64,000 nt of DNA from Planctomycetota bacterium (GCA_038212275.1 JBBQUR010000020.1:25288-89287); one strand, 5' to 3'. Positions 18,323 through 28,142 are shown, counted from the first letter of the stretch. Notes: generated from the sequence alone by a model not told the origin. Numbers and translations: made by a program.

Positions 18323-19200
18323 TGGATGGTCACCGGAAGCGGCACGAAGGCCGGGGAGTGCTTGCCCTGGAGGATGTCGAATGCCATGAGGACGTCGCCG
18401 GCAATGGAGTTGGAGGATTCCCAGACCCAGCCGTCGGGCGTCGGCTTTCCGATGCCGGCCTCGCCGCCCGCGCTCACGTAGTAGGCCTGCGCGAGTCCGA
18501 CGTACATGACCTGCACCTCGGCCGGCCTGCCGTCGGAGAGGTTGCGCACCTCGAAGGCCACGGTGATTTCACTGTTGGCCTTGTTGACCTCGTTGAGGAT
18601 GCCGAGCACGTTCTGGAAGCGCTCGGCGGCGGAGACGTTCGTCTTCGTCGGGTCCTCGGGGACGCGCTGGTACAGCGGCTGCAGCCGCGTGGCGATCGGC
18701 TCGGGCAGCGTCTTGAACAGCTTGCGCACCTCGGCTTCCATGCCGGCCACGGCTTCGTTGAGCTGTGCATTCGCCGCCTTGAGCCTGTCGTTCTCCGCGA
18801 CGAGCTCGCCGCGCTTGCGGTCGGCCTCGACGACGCCGGCCTGCGCCTCGCCGATCTTCGACTGCAGGCTGGCGATCTCGTTCTTCACGAGCTCGAGGCG
18901 GCCGAGCAGGATCTCCTTGCCCTGCTGCCAGTCCTTGCTCTCGCGCGAGATGATCTGCTGCGTCTCGATCCACTTGTCCATCGTGAGGCGCGTCTCGTCG
19001 AGCGTCTGCGAACCGCCGGCATCCTGCGCGACGGTCTCGTCGGGGCCGGGGCGCGCACCGGCCGACAGCAGGCCGATGGCGCCTGCCAGCACGAGCGAGC
19101 CGACCGTCCGCCGGCGGCGCACGAGCCCTGACGAACGCTCGCCGCATCGCGCTCGCTGCGCTGCGGGGCTCTGCTGTCTGGGTGCTTTCACTGGATTCAT
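18319..19200 (-). CDS. DUF3450 family coiled-coil periplasmic protein
   Basis: Coiled coil, SAAERFQNVL, YVGLAQAYY, GWVW, FVPLPV; position between the TonB receptor and exbB; ATG19200. Confidence 0.8.
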   Translation of the reverse strand: MNPVKAPRQQSPAAQRARCGERSSGLVRRRRTVGSLVLAGAIGLLSAGARPGPDETVAQDAGGSQTLDETRLTMDKWIETQQIISRESKDWQQGKEILLGRLELVKNEIASLQSKIGEAQAGVVEADRKRGELVAENDRLKAANAQLNEAVAGMEAEVRKLFKTLPEPIATRLQPLYQRVPEDPTKTNVSAAERFQNVLGILNEVNKANSEITVAFEVRNLSDGRPAEVQVMYVGLAQAYYVSAGGEAGIGKPTPDGWVWESSNSIAGDVLMAFDILQGKHSPAFVPLPVTIQ

Positions 19201-19238
19201 CTCCCGTTTGCCTTTCTGGATCTCATGGCCGCGCGCTC

Positions 19239-22200
19239 CTAGAACCTCACGCTCAGGCCGATCGAAAACTCCCGGCCGAGCGTGTAACTGGACCTCAGGG
19301 TCTCGCCGTCGGTGCCCTGTCCGCCGTAGACCGTCTCGATCGCCTCGTTGGTGAGATTCTTCGCCTGGAAGGTCACCTTCGTCTGCTCGGTGACTTCCTG
19401 CGACACGCTCAGGTTGAGCGTCCCGTACTCCTTGGCGTACACGCTCGGCACGAAGTTGCCGTTCGACTGCCCCGCGCCGGCGATGAGCGTGTCGCCCTTG
19501 ATCGTGTAGAAGAGCGCGAACTGCGTGCCCGTGCTCTCCACGTCGTAGGTGACATAGAGGTTGTAGAGGTGATCGGGGGCGTTGGTCGCGTCGCGCGACG
19601 TGATCGGCACGTCGATCGCCGGCGCAGCGAAGGCCGCAGCCTCGGAGGCCGGCAGCGTCACCTCGGAGTTGATGAACGTCGCGTTCGCGCCGACCGAGAG
19701 GCCGTCGAGGTCCTCCGTGTAGTTTCCCAGCGCCTGCCGCACCTCGAACTCGAAGCCGTTCAGGTTGCCATCCGGGTAGTTCTCGGGCGTCGTGTAGTCG
19801 AAGCCGACGATCTTCTGCACGTTCTCGATCGGGCCCTTGATGTCCTTGTTGAACCAGGACGCGGAGTAGAGCTCGCCGTTGCGGGGCACATAGTCGAGAC
19901 GCAGGTCGTCGTTCGTGAGCTCGGCCGTCTGCAGGTCCGGGTTGCCGATGAACACCGGTCCGCCGAGGAACTCCTGCTGCACGATCGGCGTGAGCTCCTT
20001 GAAGGTCTGGCGCGCGATGGTCTGGCTGTACGAGGCGCGCAGCGTCCACTCCTCGGTGAACCTGTAGACCAGGCCGAGCGACGGCAGCAGGTCGTCCTGG
20101 CTGAAGTCCACGTCGGCGTCGCCGGGGTTCAGCTTCACCGGTGCGGTGGCGCCCGGCGGGAACCAGACCGCATCCGCCTCGGGCTGGTTGATGATGCTGA
20201 TCTGCGTCGACTCGTAGCGCGCGCCGCCGATGATGTTCAGCTTCGACGTGACCGGCAGGTCGACCATGCCGTACTCGGCCGTGATGTCCTGCTTGCCCTT
20301 GTAGTCCACGTCGGTATTCGACGCGTTGATGGGGTGATCCTCGCTCGGGAACACCACGCTCCACGGGTCGTCCCACCCGCCGAGATAGAAGGACCCCGAG
20401 TCGCCGAAGTTGCTGAAGGTCTCCTGGTCGAACGTGCGCTTCACGCGGTCGGCGAAGTAGCCGAACTTGAAGTAGCCCTCGTGGCCGTCCCATTGCTGGA
20501 AGGGCAGCTTGAGGTTCAGCGCGCCCTGCTTGCTGTGCTCGTCGATGGTCTTGTAGATGCGCTGGAGGTTGCCGAGGTTGAAGTTGGCGCCGGGCTTGTA
20601 GGGCAGCCACGTCTCCGGCGTGGTGAAGGGCGGCACGAAGGGCGGGAAGCCCGGGTTCTGGGATTCGGGCAGCCAGATCGCGCCGAACTGCCGCTTGTCG
20701 GGCTCGTCCAGGCTGGAGTCGCTGTCCGACAGGGTCCAGTCCACTTCGGGCGCGCTGAAGTCGAACAGCGTGCCGAGCGAGAAGTCCTCCATCGGCAGCA
20801 CGTGCGTGCCGTTGAGCTGCAGCGTGCCGGTCTCGCGTTCGGCGTAGTCGAGCGTGTCGGTGCGGATGTAGGGCGCCGCGTTCAGGTTGCCGGGCTGGTT
20901 GCCCTCGCTGCTCGGATCGTCCGGGTTGTAGCCCGGGAAGAAGTATTTCTTGCCGTTCGTGTCCTCGGCGAGCGTGGCCGTGGAGACCGTCTCGCGCGTG
21001 TAGAGGTACGTCAGGCCGAGCGAGTTGTTCTCGTTCTCGATGCCCAGCGTGCCGAGCCCGCCCCAGTTGATGGACTCCGTGCTCTCGGTCACGTCGAAGA
21101 GCGCCGTCTTGAAGTCGCCGTCCGACGGCGTGCCCTGGTTGGTCTTGGGTGTCAGCGGATTGCCGGGCGCGGTGCGCCAGTAGGAGTTGTCCTTACCGTC
21201 GTCGAAGAAGGAGCTGTCCTGCTCGTAGAAGCCGGTCACGAGTCCGCCGACGGTCCAGCCGTTCTCGAGGTCGTGCTTGCCGCCCGCGGTCGCGGACCAC
21301 TTGTAGTCGATGGGCGCATTGCCCTTCGTCACGCCGGTGGCGCCCGTCCAGCTCTTGCCGATGTTGTCGTACTGGATGCCCTTGCCGTCGGTGTCGCCGG
21401 GAAAGTGGACGCCGCCGCCGTCGTAGGAAATGAAGTCGTCGTTGCCGGTCACCTGCGAGTTGCCGCTGACCTGCGTGTTGATCTGGAAGATGGTCTCGTC
21501 GGGGATCGACTTCAGGCGCACGTCCACGGCCCCGCCCGAGGCGTCTCCCTGCTGGTCCGGCGTGAAGGTCTTGGTGACCTGGATGCTCTCGATCACCGCC
21601 GCGGGGAAGAGGTCCAGCTCGACGGCGCGCGTGTTCTCGTCCGCCGACGGCAGCCGCACGCCGTTCACCTGCGAGCTCACGTAGCGATCGGGCAGGCCGC
21701 GGATCACCGCGAACTTGCCGTCCTGGATGGAGGCGCCCGAGACGAGCTTCAGCGCGCTGGCCGCATCACCCGCGCCGGCGCGGCTGATGAAGTCCGAGCT
21801 GATCGAATCCAGCACGGAAGAGCTCTCGAAGCGCAGGCCGAGCAGTGCCGCTTCCGTCCCCGTGCCTCCCTGCAGGATGTCCTGCACCACGAACTCGTCC
21901 ATGTCCGTGAACTCGCCGGGCAGTTCCGCCTCCACGTCGGTGAGCTGGCCGGCCAGCACGATCACGTCGGGTCGCACGACCCTCACGTAGCCTTCCTTGA
22001 AGAAGACGACCGTGTACTTGCCCGCCGGCACTCCGCTCAGGACGAAGCTGCCCTCGGCCGTGGTGTTGGTCCGCTGGCTGGTCTCCACGATGAGCACCTG
22101 CGCGGCGGCGAGTGGCGTGCCGAAGTCCTTGTCGCGCACGGCTCCGCGGATCGAACCCGCAGGCTGCTGCTGCGCTATCGCTCCCATGCCGATGATCAGC

Positions 22201-22244
22201 ATGGCGGCGGCCACCAACATGAAGCGCAGACCGAAGGCGACCAC
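19239..22244 (-). CDS. TonB-dependent outer-membrane receptor with N-terminal carboxypeptidase-regulatory-like domain
   Basis: Signal peptide, GSIRGAVRD...PL, plug (IRGLPDRY, LDLFPAAVIESIQVTKTFTPD, GGAVDV), GNPDL, C-terminal GREFSIGLSVRF. Confidence 0.95.
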   Translation of the reverse strand: MVAFGLRFMLVAAAMLIIGMGAIAQQQPAGSIRGAVRDKDFGTPLAAAQVLIVETSQRTNTTAEGSFVLSGVPAGKYTVVFFKEGYVRVVRPDVIVLAGQLTDVEAELPGEFTDMDEFVVQDILQGGTGTEAALLGLRFESSSVLDSISSDFISRAGAGDAASALKLVSGASIQDGKFAVIRGLPDRYVSSQVNGVRLPSADENTRAVELDLFPAAVIESIQVTKTFTPDQQGDASGGAVDVRLKSIPDETIFQINTQVSGNSQVTGNDDFISYDGGGVHFPGDTDGKGIQYDNIGKSWTGATGVTKGNAPIDYKWSATAGGKHDLENGWTVGGLVTGFYEQDSSFFDDGKDNSYWRTAPGNPLTPKTNQGTPSDGDFKTALFDVTESTESINWGGLGTLGIENENNSLGLTYLYTRETVSTATLAEDTNGKKYFFPGYNPDDPSSEGNQPGNLNAAPYIRTDTLDYAERETGTLQLNGTHVLPMEDFSLGTLFDFSAPEVDWTLSDSDSSLDEPDKRQFGAIWLPESQNPGFPPFVPPFTTPETWLPYKPGANFNLGNLQRIYKTIDEHSKQGALNLKLPFQQWDGHEGYFKFGYFADRVKRTFDQETFSNFGDSGSFYLGGWDDPWSVVFPSEDHPINASNTDVDYKGKQDITAEYGMVDLPVTSKLNIIGGARYESTQISIINQPEADAVWFPPGATAPVKLNPGDADVDFSQDDLLPSLGLVYRFTEEWTLRASYSQTIARQTFKELTPIVQQEFLGGPVFIGNPDLQTAELTNDDLRLDYVPRNGELYSASWFNKDIKGPIENVQKIVGFDYTTPENYPDGNLNGFEFEVRQALGNYTEDLDGLSVGANATFINSEVTLPASEAAAFAAPAIDVPITSRDATNAPDHLYNLYVTYDVESTGTQFALFYTIKGDTLIAGAGQSNGNFVPSVYAKEYGTLNLSVSQEVTEQTKVTFQAKNLTNEAIETVYGGQGTDGETLRSSYTLGREFSIGLSVRF

Positions 22245-22310
22245 GAGCGGACCGTTTTCTCCTTGGGGTGTCGAATCCGCGGGAGCGTAGGAATCGCTTT
22301 GCAGGACGAA

Positions 22311-22393
22311 GTGAACGCTGCGTGGGGATCGCGTGAAGGCGATTCTCGCGCGATCACACAGGAGACCGGGGCCTGTGAAGATTCAGGGAAGAT
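22311..22393 (-). promoter_or_regulatory. 11-bp-periodic direct repeats (OmpR/PhoB-type operator candidate)
   Basis: On the + strand: GTGAAC 22311, GTGGGG 22322, GTGAAG 22333; and GTGAAGAT 22375, GGGAAGAT 22386. Confidence 0.5.
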
Positions 22394-22423
22394 CCGACAG
22401 GCACGCGCGATGCCCGGCGGTCT

Positions 22424-23731
22424 TCACCACGGAGCGCGCAAGGCTTCCCGGAGTTGCGCGAGCCTGGCGAGCAGCTCCGGCCCGGGCTCCACCGCATGCA
22501 CGGCCATCGAGCAGCACGTGGCCGAGAGGTCCTCCGCGCGTGGCCGTGCATTGGGATTCACGGCGCCCGCTTCGACCGCCCGGACGTAGATGGCTCGCGC
22601 GGTGTCCGTGTCCCCCATCGACTGGTACGCCTCGGCGATCGGGCGAAGCGCACCGGCGCGCGAGATGTCCGGGATGCGCACGAGCTCCGCATCGAAGAGC
22701 GCCAGCGCGGCGGCAAGGCTGGCGCGGGCCGGTTCGGCCTCGCCGGCGCGGGCGCGCGACTCGGCGACCGTTGCCACCAGCCGGATGCGGTCCTCGGGCA
22801 GCCAGGTCTGGCCGTCGACGATCTGCTGCACCTCGTCCAGAAGGGCGCGCGCGCCGTCGGTGTCACCGTGCTCCACCGCGACATCCGCCAGGTCCAGCAT
22901 GAGCTGCAGGCCGATGGCGACCGGCAGCTTCTTCGCCGAGGCGACGATGCGCTGCTTGAGCTGCGCACGCCGGCCTTCCTGCGCGTAGTCGCGGTCGAAG
23001 AGCCGCGAGCAGGTGACGAGTGCGTTGCGCACGCCGTCGAAGCCGCCCGTGGCCAGCTCGGCGTCCAGCTCGGCGAGCTGCTCGTCGAAGCGGTCGCCGT
23101 CCACGAGCAAGGCCTGCGCCGCCTCCCATTCGCAGGACTCGGCAGCGGCGATGTCCGTCGCGAACGACGCGGCGCGATCCGACTGGCCAAGGACGAGGCA
23201 CGTCCGGGCGATCTTCGCCCTGATGCGGTCACGCCGCCAGGCCTGTCCGGTGCCGCCGTCCTCGCTGCCGCTCTCCTCGCTCTCCGAGCATTCGCGGGCG
23301 CGGCTCAGCGCCTGCTCGGCCCCCGCGGCGTCACCCTGCTGCGCGAGATGCAGCGCGAGGTCGGCCCAGCAGGTGCCGCGCCTCCAGTTGTCGATCTTCT
23401 CGATGCAGGCGATGGCGAGCTGCGGCCGGTCCAGCTGCAGGCATGCGGCCACGACGGCTTCCTGGGCCCGCGAGCGATCCTTGAGGTGCGGCTCGACGGG
23501 GATGGCGGACGACGCGCCGATCGCCATGTCGAGCAGCGAAGCGGTCAGGTCCGGCTGCGCTGCACTCGATGACGAGAGGGACGCGGAGTCCGCAGCCGGC
23601 ACGGTCTCGCCGTCGGCGGGGCTCGGGCCGGCGGCGCGCGAGTCCGAGCATGCGCTGCCCGTCGCGAGAATCACGCAGGCCGTCGCGAACAGTGCGGCCG
23701 TGCGGAGGAAGTTGCCGGTTGCCGGAATCAT
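22424..23731 (-). CDS. Putative lipoprotein with TPR-like helical repeats
   Basis: Hydrophobic N-terminus ending GSAC; alpha-solenoid pattern (LAxxxAxxGxxxxA). Confidence 0.75.
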   Translation of the reverse strand: MIPATGNFLRTAALFATACVILATGSACSDSRAAGPSPADGETVPAADSASLSSSSAAQPDLTASLLDMAIGASSAIPVEPHLKDRSRAQEAVVAACLQLDRPQLAIACIEKIDNWRRGTCWADLALHLAQQGDAAGAEQALSRARECSESEESGSEDGGTGQAWRRDRIRAKIARTCLVLGQSDRAASFATDIAAAESCEWEAAQALLVDGDRFDEQLAELDAELATGGFDGVRNALVTCSRLFDRDYAQEGRRAQLKQRIVASAKKLPVAIGLQLMLDLADVAVEHGDTDGARALLDEVQQIVDGQTWLPEDRIRLVATVAESRARAGEAEPARASLAAALALFDAELVRIPDISRAGALRPIAEAYQSMGDTDTARAIYVRAVEAGAVNPNARPRAEDLSATCCSMAVHAVEPGPELLARLAQLREALRAPW

Positions 23732-23900
23732 CTGTCAGCCCCGTGGGGAGGAATCATCGCGTGGAGGTTCGAAGTGGTCAGTCTTGTCGAGGGCCGGCCC
23801 GTGCAGGCGCCGGCGCGATGCATCGCATCGGAGCACCCCGGGCGGCCTCCGCCCGGCCGAAGCCGGACGAAGACCGCCTGGAGCGAACGCGTGGCACTGC

Positions 23901-25778
23901 TTACGGCTGGCCCGTGGCCTTCATGCAGTTGGACAGCGAGACGCCCTTCACGGCGGCCGCGTCCTGGATGCCGTACTGGAAGTAGAGCGAGACACCCGTC
24001 AGGTTCGGAACCGTGGGCCACACGATCGGCAGCGCGAGCGCGCCCACCGAGTTGGTGCCCAGGTCCAGCTGGAGGATGATCGGAATCGTCTTCAGCGTGC
24101 CGCCCTTGAACGGAACCGGCGTGGAGGAGACCGACACCAGCAGCACCGCGAGGGCGTTGGCCTTGGCGTTGGTCAGCTCGAGCGAGTTCACGCTGTTCGG
24201 CGTGAGCGGGCCCGTGCCGGTGAGCGTCGGATACGCCCGGTCGGCCGGAAGCGCGCAACCTTCATCGGTCCACGGATTGTCCGTCGTGGTGAAGCCGAAC
24301 GCCGCGGAGGCCGTCCAGTCGGAGAGCCAGCTCTGGCCGGGAGCGAACGCGCCACGGTACTTGGCTGCCGAGAAGAAGCCGTCGGCCGGAGCCGTCGCCA
24401 CGCTCGTGAGCGCCGAGGCCGCCGGACGCGGATCGAGCGAGATCACGGGAAGCATGTTCTTGCCGCCCTTGACGACGAGCGGGCCGCGGGTGATCGCCGC
24501 GATCGGCTGATCAACCAGGGCAGAGCCGGCGTTCACGTTGTTGTTGGCCGGGTTGAAGACGCCGACAGTGGTCGCCTCCGTGTAGGCCGACGCGAACAGG
24601 TTGCGGAAGAAGACGCTGTCCTTGATCTCCGCGAGGTTGCCGTTGACCTGGGACTGGTTGAGGGCGGAGAACACCGCCGGGGTGGTCCACGTGTTCAGCC
24701 ACGAGAGCGTGCCGTTGAAGCCGTAGCCGGCGCCGCCGTCGCCATCGACGTTGTCGAGCTGGACGAGACGCTCGCCCAGGTCCATCCAGATGCAGTTCCG
24801 GTACTGCACGCGGGCGTTGTCGCGCCACGCCGTGCCATGGTCACCGTCGATCGGCTGGCCGATGCAGGTGAAGTTGTAGATCGAGGCCGTGGTGACGGGG
24901 AGCCAGTCGGAGTTCTCCGCGCCGTCGGTCTCGAAGAGGTTGTCGCCGACACCCGAGCCCTGCGACGCGTTGGCCGCATAGCCCTGCACGAGCAGGCCGA
25001 ACTGCGCCTTGCCGCGCCAGCCCTGGTCGATGTCGAAGCTGTCGTCACCGATGTTCCAGATGTTGACGTACTTCAGGTTGACGGTGCCGCCCCAGATCTC
25101 GATGCCGTCATCGACGTTGTTCATGATGTCGATGTGGTGGATGTCCGTCTCGCGACCGACGCCGCCCAGCGAAAGGCCGTTGAGCTCGTTGTTCAGCGCG
25201 ACGACCTTGCCGCCGTAGCGCAGCGACAGGTACTCGATCGTGCCGCTGTTGTCGTCGTCGTCACCGCCGCCGTAGAGCACGTTCGGGTCGCCGGGGAAGG
25301 CAGCCACGAGCCCCTCCATCGCGCCGATGTTGTTCGCATTGGGCGTCGGCACGTTGCCGAGGATGGCGTCCTCCGAGATGTAGCCCTTGCCCATGATGGT
25401 GAGGTTGCCCCACTCGTTGACCGCCTCGCGCCATGTGCCGGTCTTCGGGTTGCCGCCGACCCACGTCGCGACGTCGGCCTTGGAGGTCATGATCACCGGA
25501 TTGTCCTGCGTGCCGAGCACGAAGATCTTCGCGCCGCGCGCCACGGCCAGGCTGCCGCCGATGTTGGTCGTGCTGGCGACGATCGTGCCGGCCTCGATCG
25601 TCAGGGTCGCACCCGGGAGCACGTAGATCTGGGTCTGCAGGTTGTAGGTGTTGTTCGCTGTCCACGTGGTGGACACGGCGATGTTGCTCGACACGAGAAT
25701 ATCAGCGGCCTGCGCCGAGCCGGTCAGGCCGACTCCCAGCGCGACGGCTGCTGCTGCTGCTTTGATGGAACTGCTCAC
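23901..25778 (-). CDS. Secreted beta-helix-like protein of the TonB-receptor-associated family, with C-terminal PFKGG domain
   Basis: GAGGAG before GTG25778; AQA signal; GTQDNPVIMTS, WGNL, YGGGDDDDNSGTIEY, NELNGLSLGGVG, DDGIEIWGGTVN, DDSFDIDQGWRG. Confidence 0.88.
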   Translation of the reverse strand: MSSSIKAAAAAVALGVGLTGSAQAADILVSSNIAVSTTWTANNTYNLQTQIYVLPGATLTIEAGTIVASTTNIGGSLAVARGAKIFVLGTQDNPVIMTSKADVATWVGGNPKTGTWREAVNEWGNLTIMGKGYISEDAILGNVPTPNANNIGAMEGLVAAFPGDPNVLYGGGDDDDNSGTIEYLSLRYGGKVVALNNELNGLSLGGVGRETDIHHIDIMNNVDDGIEIWGGTVNLKYVNIWNIGDDSFDIDQGWRGKAQFGLLVQGYAANASQGSGVGDNLFETDGAENSDWLPVTTASIYNFTCIGQPIDGDHGTAWRDNARVQYRNCIWMDLGERLVQLDNVDGDGGAGYGFNGTLSWLNTWTTPAVFSALNQSQVNGNLAEIKDSVFFRNLFASAYTEATTVGVFNPANNNVNAGSALVDQPIAAITRGPLVVKGGKNMLPVISLDPRPAASALTSVATAPADGFFSAAKYRGAFAPGQSWLSDWTASAAFGFTTTDNPWTDEGCALPADRAYPTLTGTGPLTPNSVNSLELTNAKANALAVLLVSVSSTPVPFKGGTLKTIPIILQLDLGTNSVGALALPIVWPTVPNLTGVSLYFQYGIQDAAAVKGVSLSNCMKATGQP

Positions 25779-25874
25779 GGGGTTGGACTCCTCAACAGGT
25801 TCGCTCCACGGATCGCGGAGGAGACACTCTCCTTCGCCTGATGGCTCCGTGTTCCGGCAAGCTAGAGACGCGAT

Positions 25875-26020
25875 GTGGGCCGGACGTGAAGAGCCGGTGC
25901 GATTTCGCCCAATTCCGGCGGGCTGATCGCGAACAGGTCGGCCACGCACGACGCGACATCTGCAGCCTGGAGTGAATGCCGTCAGCCTGCGGCGAAGACG
26001 GCGTGAAGATCGCCACAAGA
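25875..26020 (-). promoter_or_regulatory. 11-bp-periodic direct repeats upstream of the TonB module
   Basis: On the + strand: GCGAAGA 25992, GTGAAGA 26003, CACAAGA 26014; also GTGGGC 25875, GTGAAG 25886, GTGCGA 25897. Confidence 0.45.
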
Positions 26021-26168
26021 CTGCAGAGGCCGCGTCACGCTTCGCCGCGAGAGCCGCCGCCGCCCTGCGTCACCGCCGGCGAGTCACGGAAGGCGCCCGG
26101 ACGACCTCAGCGGCCTGTCGCCGTGCGGATCCTTCGGCAGGTGGCGTGCCGCGAGGGGCGCGCGGGGT

Positions 26169-26996
26169 TCAGTGCGCCTCGCTCGTCGTCGCGCCGGCTG
26201 CCGTCGCCTTGCGTGCGTGCAGGTCGTAGCGGTCGCCGCGCGTGAGGATGTGGAGGCGGATGTTGATCAGCGAGATGGGCTCATTGGCCTTCAGCGCATC
26301 CACCGACGAGAACTCGAGGTCGTGGGCATCCACGATCGTGACGCCGCCGCTGCCCACCACTTCCAGGCTGTCGTCCGGGCCGATGAACACCGAGGTGTCC
26401 TCGTCGAGGCCGACGCCGATGGCGAAGGGGTTGTAAGCCAGCGCCGTGAGCAGGCGCCCGAGGCGGTCGCGCTGCCGGAAGTGCTGGTCCACGATGATGC
26501 GATTGGTGAGGCCGAGCCCCGGCGACAGGGCGACCATGCGGCGGTGCGGCGTGGCGCCCTCGTCGCCGTACGCGATCATGTGCTCGCAGACGAAGGCCGC
26601 GCCGGCCGACGTGCCGGCGATGTGCATGCCGTCGGCGTTGCGCTCGCGCAGCAGCGTGGAGGCGCGCGTGCCGCCGAGCGTCGTCGCCAGCCGCAGCTGG
26701 TTGCCGCCGGTGATGAACACGCCGTCGGCTTCCTCGATGAGTTCCAGCCAGTCTTCGCGATGACAGTCCACGCGCGTGTCGAAGGGCACCACGACGGCGC
26801 GCCGCACGCCCAATTCCAGCAGCGTCTCCTCGTAACCCGGGCCGGTGCTCTTGTCCCCCGACGCCGTCGGGATGACCACGATGCGCGCGCGGCGCCCGCC
26901 GCACAGCTGCACGAACTGTTTGAGGATGGTCGGGTCCTTGACCTTGTCGATGCCGCCGCCGATGGGAACGATGAAGCCGCGCGTCAAGGTGGGCAC
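26169..26996 (-). CDS. cphB: Cyanophycinase (peptidase S51)
   Basis: IGGGIDK, IPTAS, FITGGNQLRL, catalytic GTSAGA, DQHFRQRDRLGRL, GVGLDEDT. Start is GTG26996 or TTG26987. Confidence 0.95.
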   Translation of the reverse strand: MPTLTRGFIVPIGGGIDKVKDPTILKQFVQLCGGRRARIVVIPTASGDKSTGPGYEETLLELGVRRAVVVPFDTRVDCHREDWLELIEEADGVFITGGNQLRLATTLGGTRASTLLRERNADGMHIAGTSAGAAFVCEHMIAYGDEGATPHRRMVALSPGLGLTNRIIVDQHFRQRDRLGRLLTALAYNPFAIGVGLDEDTSVFIGPDDSLEVVGSGGVTIVDAHDLEFSSVDALKANEPISLINIRLHILTRGDRYDLHARKATAAGATTSEAH

Positions 26997-27096
26997 TCCG
27001 GGGAGAGACGGGCCGGGGGCCGGCGGACCGGGAGCGCCCGGCCAGCCGTCGCAGGCCTGCCGGTCTCGGGGCGCCGGCAGCTCGTGATGGCGGCCA

Positions 27097-27125
27097 AACA
27101 TCGCCCACGAATGGCCTTCGGTCAA
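27097..27125 (-). promoter_or_regulatory. Putative sigma70 promoter of cphB (TTGACC-17-GATGTT)
   Basis: Same architecture as the cphA promoter candidate. Confidence 0.4.
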
Positions 27126-27213
27126 CCGCGGAATGCGCGGCCAGCGGCGCGTTGCCGATGCGCGCCGAGTCGTCGCGTCGGCAGCGCGCCGTGACGGAGC
27201 ACGCTGCGAGCCG

Positions 27214-27909
27214 TCAGCGCCCGTGCAGTGGCTCGGGATCCGAAGCGGGAGGCACCTCGGGAAGTGCGGGAAAACGAGCACGCTCCTGCCAGCGCTGGCT
27301 GCCCTTGTTCTCCCCACGATCCAGGAGGACGAGCGGCCCGAGCGTACGGGGCACGACGAAGAACGCGAAGGGCGTGACGCGGTCGCCACCGTCATCAGCA
27401 TCGGCCGACCAGAAGAAGGCCCCCGCTGACGGCGGCTCTCCGCCACTGCCGGGCGGCCCGTTGTTCAACGTCTGATAGCCGAGTTCCTTGATGATCAGCC
27501 GGGCCGCACCATCGCCGGAAGGAATGCCGGCACCGCCCGCAGGCACAGTCCCCGCCGCGTAACCCGCCGAATTGACCGAGGCGCCGCCGAAGATCGCGAC
27601 GACCATGCAGCGCTCGAAGTCCACCACCGGCAGGCCGGCCTTGTTGTGGTAGAGGCTGTCGTCGGCCTTCGACGCCTCGCCCAGATGTTCGAGCCACAGC
27701 GCCGCCCACTCGGCCTGCGTGGTGATGCGCAGGCAGCGCGCGTCGGCGATGTGACTGTGCGCGCCCGTCAGCGTCACGAGCGCGGGCAGCGTCGAAGGCG
27801 GCGCCTCCTGACGCTCACGAGGCTGCATCTCCGCGGCGCAGCCCAGCACGAGAAACAGTCCGCCGACAGCGACAAGCTTGTTCTTCCGCACACCCTGCAT
27901 GCTGCGCAT
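27214..27909 (-). CDS. Putative lipoprotein, PrcB C-terminal-like domain
   Basis: AGGAGG before ATG27909; lipobox LVLGC; ITTQAEWAALW...PVVDFERCMVVAIFGG...GY and VTPFAFFVVPR. Confidence 0.65.
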   Translation of the reverse strand: MRSMQGVRKNKLVAVGGLFLVLGCAAEMQPRERQEAPPSTLPALVTLTGAHSHIADARCLRITTQAEWAALWLEHLGEASKADDSLYHNKAGLPVVDFERCMVVAIFGGASVNSAGYAAGTVPAGGAGIPSGDGAARLIIKELGYQTLNNGPPGSGGEPPSAGAFFWSADADDGGDRVTPFAFFVVPRTLGPLVLLDRGENKGSQRWQERARFPALPEVPPASDPEPLHGR

Positions 27910-28080
27910 GACGAGCTCCTCCTGCGTCCGGGCCCCGCGGTTTTCGCGCACGGGCCCATGAGTGCGCCGGTCCAGCGAGGCAACGGAACACGCCCTTTGA
28001 AGACGGGCAGCGTCGCACACCCCCCACGACACGTCCAACCGAGCGCCGCGCTCGGGTGCCGCAGCGATGCCGCGCGAAAG

Positions 28081-28137
28081 GCGCGCCCCGTCGCGTCGTC
28101 GGGCGCGACGCGACGGGGCCTGACGCGACGGGGCGCG
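28081..28137. terminator. GC hairpin downstream of the FG-GAP gene, with a duplicated 3' arm
   Basis: CCCCGTCGCGTC can pair with either of two GACGCGACGGGG copies. Confidence 0.5.
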
Positions 28138-28142
28138 TCCAC

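Noticed and set aside
18319..20610. 5'-extended ORF-track versions of the DUF3450, sodC, cphB, DAACS, SPFH, BCCP and SGNH genes
   Set aside because: The extensions overlap neighbouring genes and are low-complexity; downstream starts have SD, -10 or overlap support.
11540..26170. Segment between cphA and cphB as a mobile element
   Set aside because: No integrase, transposase, tRNA or flanking direct repeats were seen.
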